Origin: an uncultured Spirochaetaceae bacterium
GTDB taxonomy: Bacteria > Myxococcota_A > UBA9160 > UBA4427
Reading direction: 5' to 3'
NCBI GenBank assembly: GCA_964474355.1
Contig: CAYYSY010000312.1
Location: forward strand, 1,517 to 65,516
DNA: 64,000 bases
The notes below the pieces were generated by a model that worked only from the letters and a program-made list of their open reading frames with translations, had not been told where the DNA came from and did not search any database. The position numbers and the translations under genes are program-made. Shown here piece by piece: positions 37,369 to 47,175 of the stretch (position 1 is its first letter; every line of letters begins with the position of its first letter).

Positions 37369-38241
37369 CTACCTGCGACCGAGCGGGTTGGGCACGACGG
37401 GTGTCATCTGGAAGCGGATGTTCCACGTGGTGCCGAAGTCGTCGGGGCGGACGACCGAGTACTGCGGCTCGACGCGGAGCTTCATCGGCATGCGGCCGAT
37501 GCGGACGGTCTTCGTGAAGCCGAGCCCGATCGGGAACGTGACCTTGTTGCCCGACGTCGCCTTCCAGTCGATGGTCATCGTCGGCCCCATGCCGATCGAC
37601 CAGGCACGCGGCAAGCTGCGGCGGATCACGTACTGGACGTCCGTGCGGCTCACGTCGTTGCGATTCTCGTCGCCCGCGTAGGACTCCCAGTGCTGGACGA
37701 GGAGGCCACCCACCCAGGGCTTCCCCATGTAGAAGAGCATGCCGGCGGGGCCCATCTGGTACTTGCCCTGGCCGAAGGACAGCTTCGTGGCCGAGGGGAA
37801 GCGCGTCGTGAGGCCGAGCCCGCCGACCCAGCCGTCACCGCGATCAGGGCCCATGAGGGCGAGGATCTGGATGTCGCCGAAGCCCGTGCTGCGTCCGACC
37901 GGGTCGTCCGCCTCGGGCGTCAGGATGTTGTTCGTCACGATCGGGAAGACCGGCCGGAGCGTGAACATCCAGCGCTCGGCGATGGGAATGGGGAGAAAGG
38001 GCTGGAAGAAGAGGTTGTTCGAGTAGGCGTTACCGTCGATGCGGTCGCCCTGGTTGATGCTGAAGTTCTCCTGGAGGGTCAGGCTCCAGAGCTTCGTGAG
38101 CGGGTTCTCGAGCTTGCGGCTCACCTCCTCGAGGCTCATCTCGGCCAGCGTCGGCTCATCGGCCTCCTCCGCCGACGCGGGTGAGGTCGGGAGAGCTGCG
38201 GGGAGACAGAGCGAGGCGGCGACCAGCAGCGCACGTCGCAT
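37369..38241 (-). CDS. Outer-membrane beta-barrel protein (about 290 aa, transporter-like)
   Basis: ATG at 38241 with GAGGTGAGGA upstream. Signal peptide: MRRALLVAASLCLPAALPTSPASA. Amphipathic strands are rich in aromatic girdle residues. The family (MetA-pathway/OmpP1-like?) was not verified. Confidence 0.65.
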   Translation of the reverse strand: MRRALLVAASLCLPAALPTSPASAEEADEPTLAEMSLEEVSRKLENPLTKLWSLTLQENFSINQGDRIDGNAYSNNLFFQPFLPIPIAERWMFTLRPVFPIVTNNILTPEADDPVGRSTGFGDIQILALMGPDRGDGWVGGLGLTTRFPSATKLSFGQGKYQMGPAGMLFYMGKPWVGGLLVQHWESYAGDENRNDVSRTDVQYVIRRSLPRAWSIGMGPTMTIDWKATSGNKVTFPIGLGFTKTVRIGRMPMKLRVEPQYSVVRPDDFGTTWNIRFQMTPVVPNPLGRR

Positions 38242-38341
38242 CCTCACCTCCCCGTTCGGCCCGACCCAGGCGCCGAAACGAAGACCGCCGCACCGGCGTG
38301 AGCCGATGCGGCGGTCGTTCGATCGATCCTGGAAGCGCGCC

Positions 38342-38902
38342 TCAGCCCGTCTTCTTGAGCGTGTTCTTGTCCGTGTGGTGGACGACCTCGCCGGTGGCCT
38401 TCTGCTCGAGCACCGTGTCCTCATCGTAGGTCCACACGCCGTTCTCGATCGTGCACGAGAGCGTGTACTCGATGCACTTGGCGTTCTGGAGCAGGTACGG
38501 GTTCGAGAGGACGCCGAAGTCGAGCTCGCCGGCCCTGGCCCGCATCTCGAAGCTCGTGGCGTCGGCCTTGCTCTTGCCGCCGGCCAGGATCGTCGAGCCG
38601 CGGGGCACCATGAAGCAGCGCATGACCTCTTCGCGCTGCGGATCCCAGATCCAGTAGCCGAGCTCGGTGTGGAACACGTCGCCGTTCGGGTCGTCGTCCG
38701 GGATCGCGGCCGTCGTGTAGTCGATGACCCAGAGCTTCTGGGTGCCATTGTCGACGTCGCCGACGATGTTGAAGACCGCCTTCTCCTTGTACGTGCGCTC
38801 GATGACCGCCTTCTTCGCGTAGTCGTACGAGACGTTGACGCCCTGGTCGCCTTCCCAGGTTCCGATGAGGGCGGCGAGCGGTCCGAATTCTTCGTTGGCC
38901 AT
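38342..38902 (-). CDS. Nitrobindin/THAP4-C-like haem-binding beta-barrel domain protein (DUF1794-like)
   Basis: ATG at 38902. Sequence: FGPLAALIGTWEGDQGVNVSYDY...LWVIDYTT...ELGYWIWDP. The size (186 aa) is typical. The family call is from memory. Confidence 0.5.
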   Translation of the reverse strand: MANEEFGPLAALIGTWEGDQGVNVSYDYAKKAVIERTYKEKAVFNIVGDVDNGTQKLWVIDYTTAAIPDDDPNGDVFHTELGYWIWDPQREEVMRCFMVPRGSTILAGGKSKADATSFEMRARAGELDFGVLSNPYLLQNAKCIEYTLSCTIENGVWTYDEDTVLEQKATGEVVHHTDKNTLKKTG

Positions 38903-39146
38903 GTCGTGGGGTCCTTGCTCCGCGACGCGCCGCCTGGACGCGCCGTCGAATCGCTGGGTTGAAGGGCGAGACGGGGGGCCTCGCACGGGCACGCGAATCT
39001 ACCCATTCCGACGGGAGCGGGCCAGTCGGGCCGCGGGTCGATTCGAGCACGCCGTGTGACGAGAGGCGGCGCGAGGAGGGCCGCGCAGGCGCCGCTGAAG
39101 CGGCCGCGCCCGGCCCGTGTCACGGGCCCGGGCGCGAAGCGCCGTC

Positions 39147-42100
39147 TCAGTTCAGGTGGTTGCAGTCCTCGACGTAGCCGAGATTCATGAGCTGCAGGCA
39201 CTCGTCGAGGGTCATCTCGACGTCGCCGCCCGATGCGACGGCCTCGCCCTCGGCGGCTCGGCGCTGCAGATCGGCGTAGCTCCTGAGCTCGTCGATCCGC
39301 ATCCGGTCCGAGTCGGCGAGGTTGTGCGCCTCGCTCGGATCATCACCGATCTGATACATCGACTCGGCGGGGAAGTCACGATGCCTGCCCCCCTTCTCGA
39401 CGACGATGACCTTGCTCATCGACTCGTCGGTGAGGCTCCACATCACGTTGCCCTCGTGATCCTCCTCGGCGAAGTGCTGGCGATCCTTCGAGCTGCGGTC
39501 GGCGTCGCTCACGTAGAGCGAGAGGCCCTGCATTCGATCGGTGGGCTGGGCCCCTGCGACGTCGAGGATCGTCGGCACCACGTCGATGTGGCGCGCCATC
39601 TGCGTCCAGGGCGGCGCCATCGCGCCCTTCGCGGGCTTGATCAGCATCGGCACGTGGATCTGCTCCTCGAAGAGTGTGAGCCCGTGCCACCAGCCCTCGT
39701 GCTCGTAGAACTCCTCGCCGTGGTCGGCGGTGAGCACGATCATCGTGTCGTCGTAGACGCCGAGCTCCTTCAGGTGCGCGACGAGCTCGCCCACGGCCTC
39801 GTCGAGGTACTCGATCTCGCCGCGATAGAGACGCTTCAGATCCTCGGTCTCCTCGGCATTCGGCCAGGCGTTCGAGACCCGCGCGAAGCCGCGCCCGTCA
39901 TAGGGGTGCTCGAAGTAGGGGTCGTGGACGTCCATGTAATGGAGGAAGAGATAGAAGCGGTCGTCCTTGAAGCGGTCGAGCCAGTCGAGGGCGACTGCGT
40001 TGACGACGCGCGAATCTTGATAGAAGCCGTCGAAGGTGATGCCGCTCTTCATCTTGAAGTGGAGCTGGCGGTACAGCTGGTAGAGAATCAGCTTCGACGA
40101 CGATTCGGCAGAGCCGAGGAGGTAGCCCGGCGCGAGGTAGTGGTACTCGTTGTAGCCCTGGTCGAAGCCGAAGCTCAGCGCGAGGTTGATGTTCGAGACC
40201 ACTCCGCCCGTCGAGTAGCCGTGCTCCTGCAACACCTCCGAGACGAGATCGACTTCGTCCGAGAGGCGCGAAGGCTTGCTCATCGCGTTGTGCGTCGTGG
40301 GGACGAGCGAGCTCAGCAGGCTGGCCGTCGCCGGCTTCGTCCATGACGCGTGGGCGTAGCCGTCGAGGATGATGCCGCCGTCCTGCTCGCCCAGCCCGCA
40401 GATGTTCGGCGCCTTCACGCTGTCGTCGCCATAGCAGGGCAGATAGTCGGCGCGGAGCGTGTCGACCATGACGAGGACGACGTTCGGGCGACCGCGAAGC
40501 CCGTCGGCGACCGAGCCCTTGGGCGGCGTGACGTTCGGGCCATAGCCCAGCCCGAGGGCGAGCCCGGTGCCCATGACGAGCACCAGCAGCCCCCCTGCGA
40601 TGGGAGCGCGCGCGATGATGCCCGCACGCGACGAGAAGAAGCGGTGCCCGAAGAAGAGCAGCGCGGCCGCGAGCAGGGCGAAGCCTGCGAGCACCGCGAG
40701 TACCACCGGCGCCGGCGGCATCTGCTCGAGGTAGACGTCGCGGCGCAGGCGGAAGAGCGTGACGAAGAGCCCGAGCGGCACCAGGCAGGCGGTGAAGCCG
40801 AGCGTCGGCGTCCAGCGCTGCACCTCGTCGTGGTCCATCGGCAGTACGCCGAGCACGAGGCCGCCGATCGTGCCGAGGCCGCCGAGGAAGACCGAGTACA
40901 TCATCGGGCCGTACCACATCACCTGGGCTTCCTCGCCGAAGCCGCCCTGGGCGATGACGAACGTCTCGGCGACACCGAGCACGATGCCCGCCAGGACACC
41001 CGAGCCGAAGCCCACGCTGGCGCTTCGCATGAGCCGCTCGCCCATCGGCGCGGCCGCACCGACCTCGGCTTCGAGCTCCTCCTTCGAGCGCTCCGGGTCG
41101 AGGGCCACGGCCGCCTTCGCCGCCTCCTGCCAGTCGACCTGCTCGCCGTTCACCCGCGCGTACTCGGGGGTGTAGTCGGCGGGGCGGATCCACCAGAAGA
41201 CGAAGCCGATCATCGTCGGTGCTTCGGCAGCCCAGAAGCCGAGGGCCGCGGAGACCACCGCGGCGCCGGCACCGATCTGCCCCGAGAGCAGCAGGGCCTG
41301 GGCGGCTTCGCGGATGCCCTCACCGGCGATGGTGAACGGGCTGATCACCGTGGCGAAGATCTGGATCGAGGAGCCGAAGGCCACCTCCCAGAACTTCGCT
41401 CCTTCGGCGCCGATCGCGAGTGCCGTGTAGAAGTACATCATGGCCGTGGTGAAGTGCACCATGAAGCTCATGGCGAAGATCATCAGCACCAGGCCCTTCT
41501 TGTCGCGGTAGGCGCCGGCGCTCTCGCTGATGCGTGTCACGATGCCTTCGAGCCGCGGCTTCGCGGGGATCGGCACGTTCGTCAGCACCCACTGCACGAC
41601 GCCCGGGTAGAAGAGCACGACCATCAGGCCGCCGATGATGCCGAGGGCGATCAGCGCCGAGACGTATGCGACCCAGGCGAGGTCGCCGAGGATCGCGATG
41701 CCGAAGGGCAGCGTGACGAGGAAGGTCAGGAAGATGCCGCTGAAGCCGCAGATCTTCTCGAGGAACTTGCCGGCCGACACCTCGACGGTCTTGCCCGTGA
41801 AGCGCGCCGCGTCGTAGAGCGTGTAGCCGTCGAGGCCGGCGGTGCTCGGCAGGAACGTGCCGAGCGCCCGGCCGATCATGAACGAGCCGAAGATGTGCTT
41901 GAAGGGAAGCTCGATGCTCTGCCCCTTGAGCACGAGCAGCCAGCGATACATCGAGCAGAGGATGCCGACGATCTTCACGCCGGTGGCCACGAGCACCCAG
42001 AACCAGAAGGTCGCCGGATCGATGTTCTCGTAGATCTCGACGATCATCGACCAGACCGTCTGACGCTCGCCCGCCTCGTTCGCGAGCTCGTAGGCGAAGA

Positions 42101-42230
42101 GCGCCCAGAACGCCGCGACGGTGAACGCCGCCTTGCCGAGGTTCACCAGCCGACCCTTCCACGGATCGGGTGAGAAGCGCGAAGCGACGAAGGCCGCGAG
42201 TGCGAGTAGGAAGACCTGGAACGCGGTCAT
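39147..42230 (-). CDS. Fusion protein: flippase-like (LPG_synthase_TM/UPF0104-type) polytopic N-terminus + extra TM block + periplasmic sulfatase-like (alkaline-phosphatase superfamily) domain
   Basis: ATG at 42230. About 14 TM helices occupy the first about 600 aa. The sulfatase-like part has PNVVLVMVDTLRADYL, and HASWTKPATASLLSS where sulfatases carry C/S-x-P-x-R. It also has LFLHYMDVHDPY and VLTADHGEEF. Confidence 0.7.
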   Translation of the reverse strand: MTAFQVFLLALAAFVASRFSPDPWKGRLVNLGKAAFTVAAFWALFAYELANEAGERQTVWSMIVEIYENIDPATFWFWVLVATGVKIVGILCSMYRWLLVLKGQSIELPFKHIFGSFMIGRALGTFLPSTAGLDGYTLYDAARFTGKTVEVSAGKFLEKICGFSGIFLTFLVTLPFGIAILGDLAWVAYVSALIALGIIGGLMVVLFYPGVVQWVLTNVPIPAKPRLEGIVTRISESAGAYRDKKGLVLMIFAMSFMVHFTTAMMYFYTALAIGAEGAKFWEVAFGSSIQIFATVISPFTIAGEGIREAAQALLLSGQIGAGAAVVSAALGFWAAEAPTMIGFVFWWIRPADYTPEYARVNGEQVDWQEAAKAAVALDPERSKEELEAEVGAAAPMGERLMRSASVGFGSGVLAGIVLGVAETFVIAQGGFGEEAQVMWYGPMMYSVFLGGLGTIGGLVLGVLPMDHDEVQRWTPTLGFTACLVPLGLFVTLFRLRRDVYLEQMPPAPVVLAVLAGFALLAAALLFFGHRFFSSRAGIIARAPIAGGLLVLVMGTGLALGLGYGPNVTPPKGSVADGLRGRPNVVLVMVDTLRADYLPCYGDDSVKAPNICGLGEQDGGIILDGYAHASWTKPATASLLSSLVPTTHNAMSKPSRLSDEVDLVSEVLQEHGYSTGGVVSNINLALSFGFDQGYNEYHYLAPGYLLGSAESSSKLILYQLYRQLHFKMKSGITFDGFYQDSRVVNAVALDWLDRFKDDRFYLFLHYMDVHDPYFEHPYDGRGFARVSNAWPNAEETEDLKRLYRGEIEYLDEAVGELVAHLKELGVYDDTMIVLTADHGEEFYEHEGWWHGLTLFEEQIHVPMLIKPAKGAMAPPWTQMARHIDVVPTILDVAGAQPTDRMQGLSLYVSDADRSSKDRQHFAEEDHEGNVMWSLTDESMSKVIVVEKGGRHRDFPAESMYQIGDDPSEAHNLADSDRMRIDELRSYADLQRRAAEGEAVASGGDVEMTLDECLQLMNLGYVEDCNHLN

Positions 42231-42595
42231 GTGGGGTGACTCTCCATGAACTTCATGGCCGCCGAGCGAGGGACTCTCGCGAGAGGCGACCTGGGAGCTG
42301 GGCGCCCGACTCCGAGATCCGAGCATCGAGCACTCGGCGTCGGCGACGGGACGCGGGACACGCCCGCCGGCTCGGGACGGGATCTTGGCCGTCCGGGCGC
42401 GTCGAGCGAGCCGCCCATGATGCCCGAAGGTGGGCCCGAGCGGGCGGCATCTTACCCGGGTTTGTGGCGCGTCGAGCCGTCGGGGTGTCGGAATCCCTCT
42501 GGGGTTTCAGAAGGACGCACTCCACGCGCAGCAGCCGCGGTGAGAGTCCGGTCGGGCTGCAGCCTTCGCATCCGAGCGGCGCGCCCCGCCGTGAA

Positions 42596-43564
42596 TCAGG
42601 GCTCCTCGTCGGACGCCGCCGCGTCGAGGACCTTGCGCCGCTGCCAGCGGTATTCGTCCTCGGTGATTCGTCCGGCCGTGCGCGCATCCTCGAGATCCGC
42701 GAGGTCGCGCAGATCCGAGGGCGAGAGGCGCTGCAGCTGCTCGTTCGTGAGCGGCTCGAGCTCGGTCAGCTCCTCTTCGGGCTCGGCCATCAGCACGGTC
42801 GTGCCGCCCGCCCCCGCGGCCCCGGCGTCGACTGGCGCCGTGCGCGCCGCCGATGCGGCGGCGAACGTGCCGAAGACGTCCGAGCTCCACTCGACGGCCA
42901 CGCCGGTCCTGCCCGACCGCCGTATGAAATCGTTCGTCACGACCCGGAACTTCTCCTGTGGGTCGTCGACGTGGGGCTTCGGCAGCCCGCCCTTGCGGTT
43001 CTCGTCGACCGGCCAGTCCGATCGCGACAGGTGGAAGACCAGGTCGTCCCCGTCCATGAATGCGACGAAGGACGTCAGGAACTTGCGATGGAAGATCCCC
43101 TTCTGTCGCTGCTTGCGCTGGGCACTGACGGCGATCCGCTGGCTCGAGTCGGCCCGGCGAAACGCCTCGGCCAGCCCCTGCGAGACCGGCCCGAGGATCT
43201 CTGCCGGGATCGCTGGGCCGCGCACGGTGTTGGCCCGCACGCGCCGGTCGATCTGAAGGCTGCCCAGGATGATCTCGAGCCGCTCGACCGGGATGTCGGA
43301 GGGGTGGGCGTAGCCGTGATCGATCGCGCTGCCAAAGCGCTTCTTCTCGCTGAGCAGGTGCACGTCGAGGCCGTAGCGGTTGATGATGCGGTCCTCGACC
43401 GTGCGGGTCGAACAGCCGACACCGCCGGTGAGGCCGAGGAGCACCACCAGGCAGGAGAGCAGCGCGAGTCGTCGCCTCCGCGGCGGCTGCGCGGGGCGTA
43501 GCGGTGCGGTGGGCGCTCGCGAGATGATCGGGCTCGGCCCGGAGGCGGGAGATCGTCGATGCAT
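42596..43564 (-). CDS. Putative lipoprotein with a C-terminal SHOCT-like motif
   Basis: ATG at 43564. Signal and lipobox-like sequence: LALLSCLVVLLGLTGGVGC. C-terminus: LADLEDARTAGRITEDEYRWQRRKVL. Confidence 0.55.
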   Translation of the reverse strand: MHRRSPASGPSPIISRAPTAPLRPAQPPRRRRLALLSCLVVLLGLTGGVGCSTRTVEDRIINRYGLDVHLLSEKKRFGSAIDHGYAHPSDIPVERLEIILGSLQIDRRVRANTVRGPAIPAEILGPVSQGLAEAFRRADSSQRIAVSAQRKQRQKGIFHRKFLTSFVAFMDGDDLVFHLSRSDWPVDENRKGGLPKPHVDDPQEKFRVVTNDFIRRSGRTGVAVEWSSDVFGTFAAASAARTAPVDAGAAGAGGTTVLMAEPEEELTELEPLTNEQLQRLSPSDLRDLADLEDARTAGRITEDEYRWQRRKVLDAAASDEEP

Positions 43565-43632
43565 GGCGCCGAGCTTAGCAGTCGCTCGCCGCGAGACGGT
43601 GCGAAGGGCGACTCCGCGGATGGGTCGGGCCC

Positions 43633-45513
43633 TCACGCGACGAGCGCCGCGACCACGCGATGCGTGACGAAGGCCGCCGCGTACGCCAGCACCAGCAGAT
43701 AGCTGAACGCGAACGCGGGCCAGCGCCACGAGTTCGTCTCGCGCGCCATGATCGCCAGTGTCGAGACGCACTGCAGCGCGAACACGAAGAAGACGAGCAG
43801 CGAGGCGACCGTCGGCGCGTCGAAGACGTGCCGCCCCGTCCGCGGATCGACGTCGCTCCGAATCGCGGCGCGCAGCGAGCTCTCCTCGTCGGTGGCAGCG
43901 TAGATCTGCGCGAGGGTCGCGACGATCACCTCTCGCGCGGCGAGGCTCGCGACGAGGCCGACGCCGATCTTCCAGTCGAAGCCGAGCGGCGCGATCAGCG
44001 GCTCGATCGCGTGGCCGACGTGTCCGGCGATGCTGTGCTCCAGCGCATACGACGCGGCGTGGCTCTCGTCGAGATCGGCCGGCGGCTCGACGCGCGGGAA
44101 CGTGAGAAGCACCCACAGCACCATCGAGGCCAGCAGGATGATCGTGCCCGCACGCTTGAGGAACGCCGACACGCTGTTCCAGACCTGCATGACCCACAGC
44201 TTCGCGGTGGGGATGCGATACGAGGGCAGCTCCATCACGAAGGGCATGGCGTCGCTGCGTGCGATGGTGCGCTTCAGCACGGCGGCGACGATCATTGCGA
44301 AGACCGGCGCGACGAAATAGAGGGCGAAGAGCACGAGCCCCTGCAGGCCGAAGACCCCGAGCACGGTGCGCGAGGGTACGAACGCGCCGATCAGCAGCGC
44401 GTACACCGGCAGCCGTGCCGAGCACGTCATCAGCGGCGCGACCAGCATGGTCACGAGCCGGTCGCGGGGTGAGGGGATCGTCCGCGTCGCCATGATGCCG
44501 GGCACCGCGCACGCATACGAAGACAGCAGCGCCACGAACGCGCGCCCCTCGAGCCCGATGCGGCCCATCGCGCGATCGACCACGAACGCGGCGCGGGCCA
44601 TGTAGCCGATGTCTTCGAGCAGGTAGAGCAGGCCGAACAGCAGCGTGATCTGCGGGACGAAGATCACGACCGAGCCGACACCGGCGATGAGCCCGTCGGC
44701 GACGAAGTCGCTGAGCAGGCCGGGTGGCAGGCCGCTCCGCGTTGCGGCCACCAGGGCGCCGACGCCGTCGTCGATCATGTCCATGGCCGGGCTCGCCCAC
44801 GCGAAGATCAGCTGGAAGAACGTCACCATGACGAGCGCAAAGAGCAGCGGGCCGATGAGCGGATGCAGCACCACGCGGTCGATCCGCTCGGTGAGCGTGT
44901 GCTCGCGAGGGCGCGACACCAGCACGTGGTCGAGGATCGAGCGGACCCAGGCCGCACGCTCTTCGGTGGTGTCGGGCGGCAGCAGCGGCGGCTTCGTCCA
45001 GGTGTCGGGCTCGGCAAGAAGCAGCTTCAGTCGATCGAGCCCGACGCCACGATGGCCGATGACTGGCAGCACCGGCACGCCGAGGGCCGCCTCGAGCCGC
45101 TCGAGGTCGATCTCGCCGCCGCGGGCCGCGAGCTCATCGAACATCGTGAGCACGAGGCAGGTCGGCTTCTCGCGCCGCAGCACCTGGCCGACGAGCAGCA
45201 GCGAGCGCTCGAGTGAGCACGCGTCGGCCACGACCACGAGGGCCTCCGGCACCTCGACGCCCTCGAGCTGTCCATCGAGCACCCGGGTCACGACCTCCTC
45301 GTCCGGGCTCAGCGGATCGAGGGAGTACGTGCCGGGGAGATCGATCACGCGCGCCGTGCGGGCGCCCAGCTGAACCCGGCCCTCCCGGCGCTCGACGGTC
45401 ACGCCGGGATAGTTCCCGACCTTGGCCCGCAGACCGGTCAGCGCGTTGAAGAGGGTCGTCTTGCCGGCGTTCGGACTGCCGACGAGGCCCAGCGTGAGCG
45501 TCGCTTCGCTCAA
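43633..45513 (-). CDS. feoB: Ferrous iron transporter FeoB
   Basis: TTG start. G-domain: LGLVGSPNAGKTTLFNALTG, DLPGTYSL. A polytopic gate domain follows. Confidence 0.93.
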   Translation of the reverse strand: MSEATLTLGLVGSPNAGKTTLFNALTGLRAKVGNYPGVTVERREGRVQLGARTARVIDLPGTYSLDPLSPDEEVVTRVLDGQLEGVEVPEALVVVADACSLERSLLLVGQVLRREKPTCLVLTMFDELAARGGEIDLERLEAALGVPVLPVIGHRGVGLDRLKLLLAEPDTWTKPPLLPPDTTEERAAWVRSILDHVLVSRPREHTLTERIDRVVLHPLIGPLLFALVMVTFFQLIFAWASPAMDMIDDGVGALVAATRSGLPPGLLSDFVADGLIAGVGSVVIFVPQITLLFGLLYLLEDIGYMARAAFVVDRAMGRIGLEGRAFVALLSSYACAVPGIMATRTIPSPRDRLVTMLVAPLMTCSARLPVYALLIGAFVPSRTVLGVFGLQGLVLFALYFVAPVFAMIVAAVLKRTIARSDAMPFVMELPSYRIPTAKLWVMQVWNSVSAFLKRAGTIILLASMVLWVLLTFPRVEPPADLDESHAASYALEHSIAGHVGHAIEPLIAPLGFDWKIGVGLVASLAAREVIVATLAQIYAATDEESSLRAAIRSDVDPRTGRHVFDAPTVASLLVFFVFALQCVSTLAIMARETNSWRWPAFAFSYLLVLAYAAAFVTHRVVAALVA

Positions 45514-45588
45514 CCGATCACCCTCTCCAGTCGGGTCGCCGGGCCCCGGCCCGGGTCGAAGCGGCCGAGCCGCCCGTCGATGTGCGGG

Positions 45589-45900
45589 TCACGCGTCGCT
45601 CGGGCTCTGCTCGACGCGGCGGCGCACCCAGATGCTCGCGGCGTCGCCTCGGCGCAGGCAGAGCCGATAGCCGCGCAGCGCGTACTCGGTGGGGTCGCCC
45701 AGCGGCGCTCGGCGAACGACGCGGATGATGGTGTCCGGCAGCAGGCCTAGATCGATGAGTCGGCGCCCCGCCGGCGCGCCCTCGTGGTCGACGTGGTCGA
45801 CGACGACCTCGGCTCCGGGACGCGCGCGATCGAGGGGGAAGGCGTCACCGACCCCTTCGGCCACGCTCGCGGCCGCCGACTCATTGAAATCCATTTTCAT
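45589..45900 (-). CDS. feoA: FeoA-family protein
   Basis: ATG at 45900. SH3-like sequence: RRLIDLGLLPDTIIRVVRRAPLGDPTEYALRGYRLCLRRGDAASIWV. It lies 75 nt upstream of feoB. Confidence 0.85.
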   Translation of the reverse strand: MKMDFNESAAASVAEGVGDAFPLDRARPGAEVVVDHVDHEGAPAGRRLIDLGLLPDTIIRVVRRAPLGDPTEYALRGYRLCLRRGDAASIWVRRRVEQSPSDA

Positions 45901-46015
45901 GATCGCGAAACCGTAGCGTTGATGGGCACTTGCGCTAGGTCTCGCGACGCGATTCTTGATTGGCGAACGCGTTCTCTAAGCGTTGGGAGCCGGTCTCGGG
46001 GTCCCGATCGCCGTC

Positions 46016-47029
46016 TCAGCGATCGTCGTCCTGCTCGCTCCGGAGCTGCCGGTTCATCAGCATCGTGCCCGCCCGCGCCGGCGTGACCTCGCCGTCGATC
46101 ACCCGCCGGACCAGCTCGCAGATCGGCAGCTCGACGCCGATGCGATCCGCCAACCGGCAGGCGGCCTGGGTCGTGCGCACGCCCTCGGCCACCTCGCCCA
46201 GGTCGCGGATGATCTCGTCGAGCTTCTGCCCGCGGCCGAGCGCGAGGCCCACCCGCCGGTTGCGCGACAGGTCACCGGTGCAGGTCAGCACGAGGTCGCC
46301 CATGCCCGAGAGTCCGTGCAGGGTGCTCCGGTCGGCGCCGAGCTTGTCGGCGAGGCGCGCGATCTCGGCGAGGCCGCGCGTCATGAGCGCGGCGCGGGTA
46401 TTGAGCGCGCCGTCCATGCCGTCGCTCATGCCGACCGCAATGGCGATCACGTTCTTGAGCGCGCCGCCGATCTCGACGCCCATCACGTCGCTGCTCGAGT
46501 AGCAGCGGAACCAGGGGCACGAGAGGTTCGCTTGAACAGCGATCGCGAACGTCTCCTCGCGGCAGGCGACGGTGACGACGGTCGCGCGCTGCTCGGCGAC
46601 CTCGCGGGCGAACGAGGGGCCCGACAGCACGACGATGCGCGGGTGATGGGCCTCGGGCAGCACGTCCTCGAGCACCTGGTGCATGGTCATGCCCGTGTCG
46701 TACTCGATGCCCTTCACCGTCGAGACCAGGATCGCGTCGGTCCCGATGAACGGCGCAGCCCGCGTCATCACCTCGCGGAGGCTCTGACTGGGCACCGCGA
46801 TGATCACCATCTCCGCGCCCTCGAGCGCCCGCTCGAGTGAGGACGTCGCCTCGATCGATGCCGGCAGCTCGAAGCCGGTCAGGTACTTCGGATTGCGGTG
46901 ATGGGTGTCGATGTGCGCGGCGGCCTTCTCCGACCGCGCCCAGAGACGCACCGGATTCTCTCGCGCACACAGGATCGCGAGGCACGTGCCGAAGCTGCCG
47001 GCACCGAGGACCGTGGTGGGGACGTTCAT
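46016..47029 (-). CDS. gpsA: NAD(P)H-dependent glycerol-3-phosphate dehydrogenase
   Basis: ATG at 47029 (MNVPTTVLGAGSFGTCLA). Sequences: GPSFAREV, GALKNVIAIAVGMSDG. The 230-aa upstream extension of the ORF is Arg-rich junk. Confidence 0.93.
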   Translation of the reverse strand: MNVPTTVLGAGSFGTCLAILCARENPVRLWARSEKAAAHIDTHHRNPKYLTGFELPASIEATSSLERALEGAEMVIIAVPSQSLREVMTRAAPFIGTDAILVSTVKGIEYDTGMTMHQVLEDVLPEAHHPRIVVLSGPSFAREVAEQRATVVTVACREETFAIAVQANLSCPWFRCYSSSDVMGVEIGGALKNVIAIAVGMSDGMDGALNTRAALMTRGLAEIARLADKLGADRSTLHGLSGMGDLVLTCTGDLSRNRRVGLALGRGQKLDEIIRDLGEVAEGVRTTQAACRLADRIGVELPICELVRRVIDGEVTPARAGTMLMNRQLRSEQDDDR

Positions 47030-47042
47030 GTCTGCCGAGATA

Positions 47043-47175
47043 CCACACATCGGGCGCCCTGCGGCGTGTGATCTCGTTGACGCTGCGGGGGGCCCACGCC
47101 CCGCGATGCATGATCTGATCCACACATCGGCGGTCTCCGCCCAGCGTGTGATCTCGTTGACGCTGCGGGGGGCCC
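47043..47175. repeat. Duplicated about 50-bp block (two copies, period 77-80 bp) in the gpsA / nuo-like divergent intergenic region
   Basis: CCACACATCGG occurs at 47043-47053 and 47120-47130. An exact 32-mer, GCGTGTGATCTCGTTGACGCTGCGGGGGGCCC, occurs at 47064-47095 and 47144-47175. Confidence 0.9.

Noticed and set aside
45901-46015. A Fur box upstream of feoA
   Set aside because: The region holds a perfect palindrome, GAACGCGTTC (45965-45974), and an AATCAAGAAT-like stretch. Nothing resembles the AT-rich GATAATGATAATCATTATC consensus. It may be an operator for another regulator, but that is unsupported.
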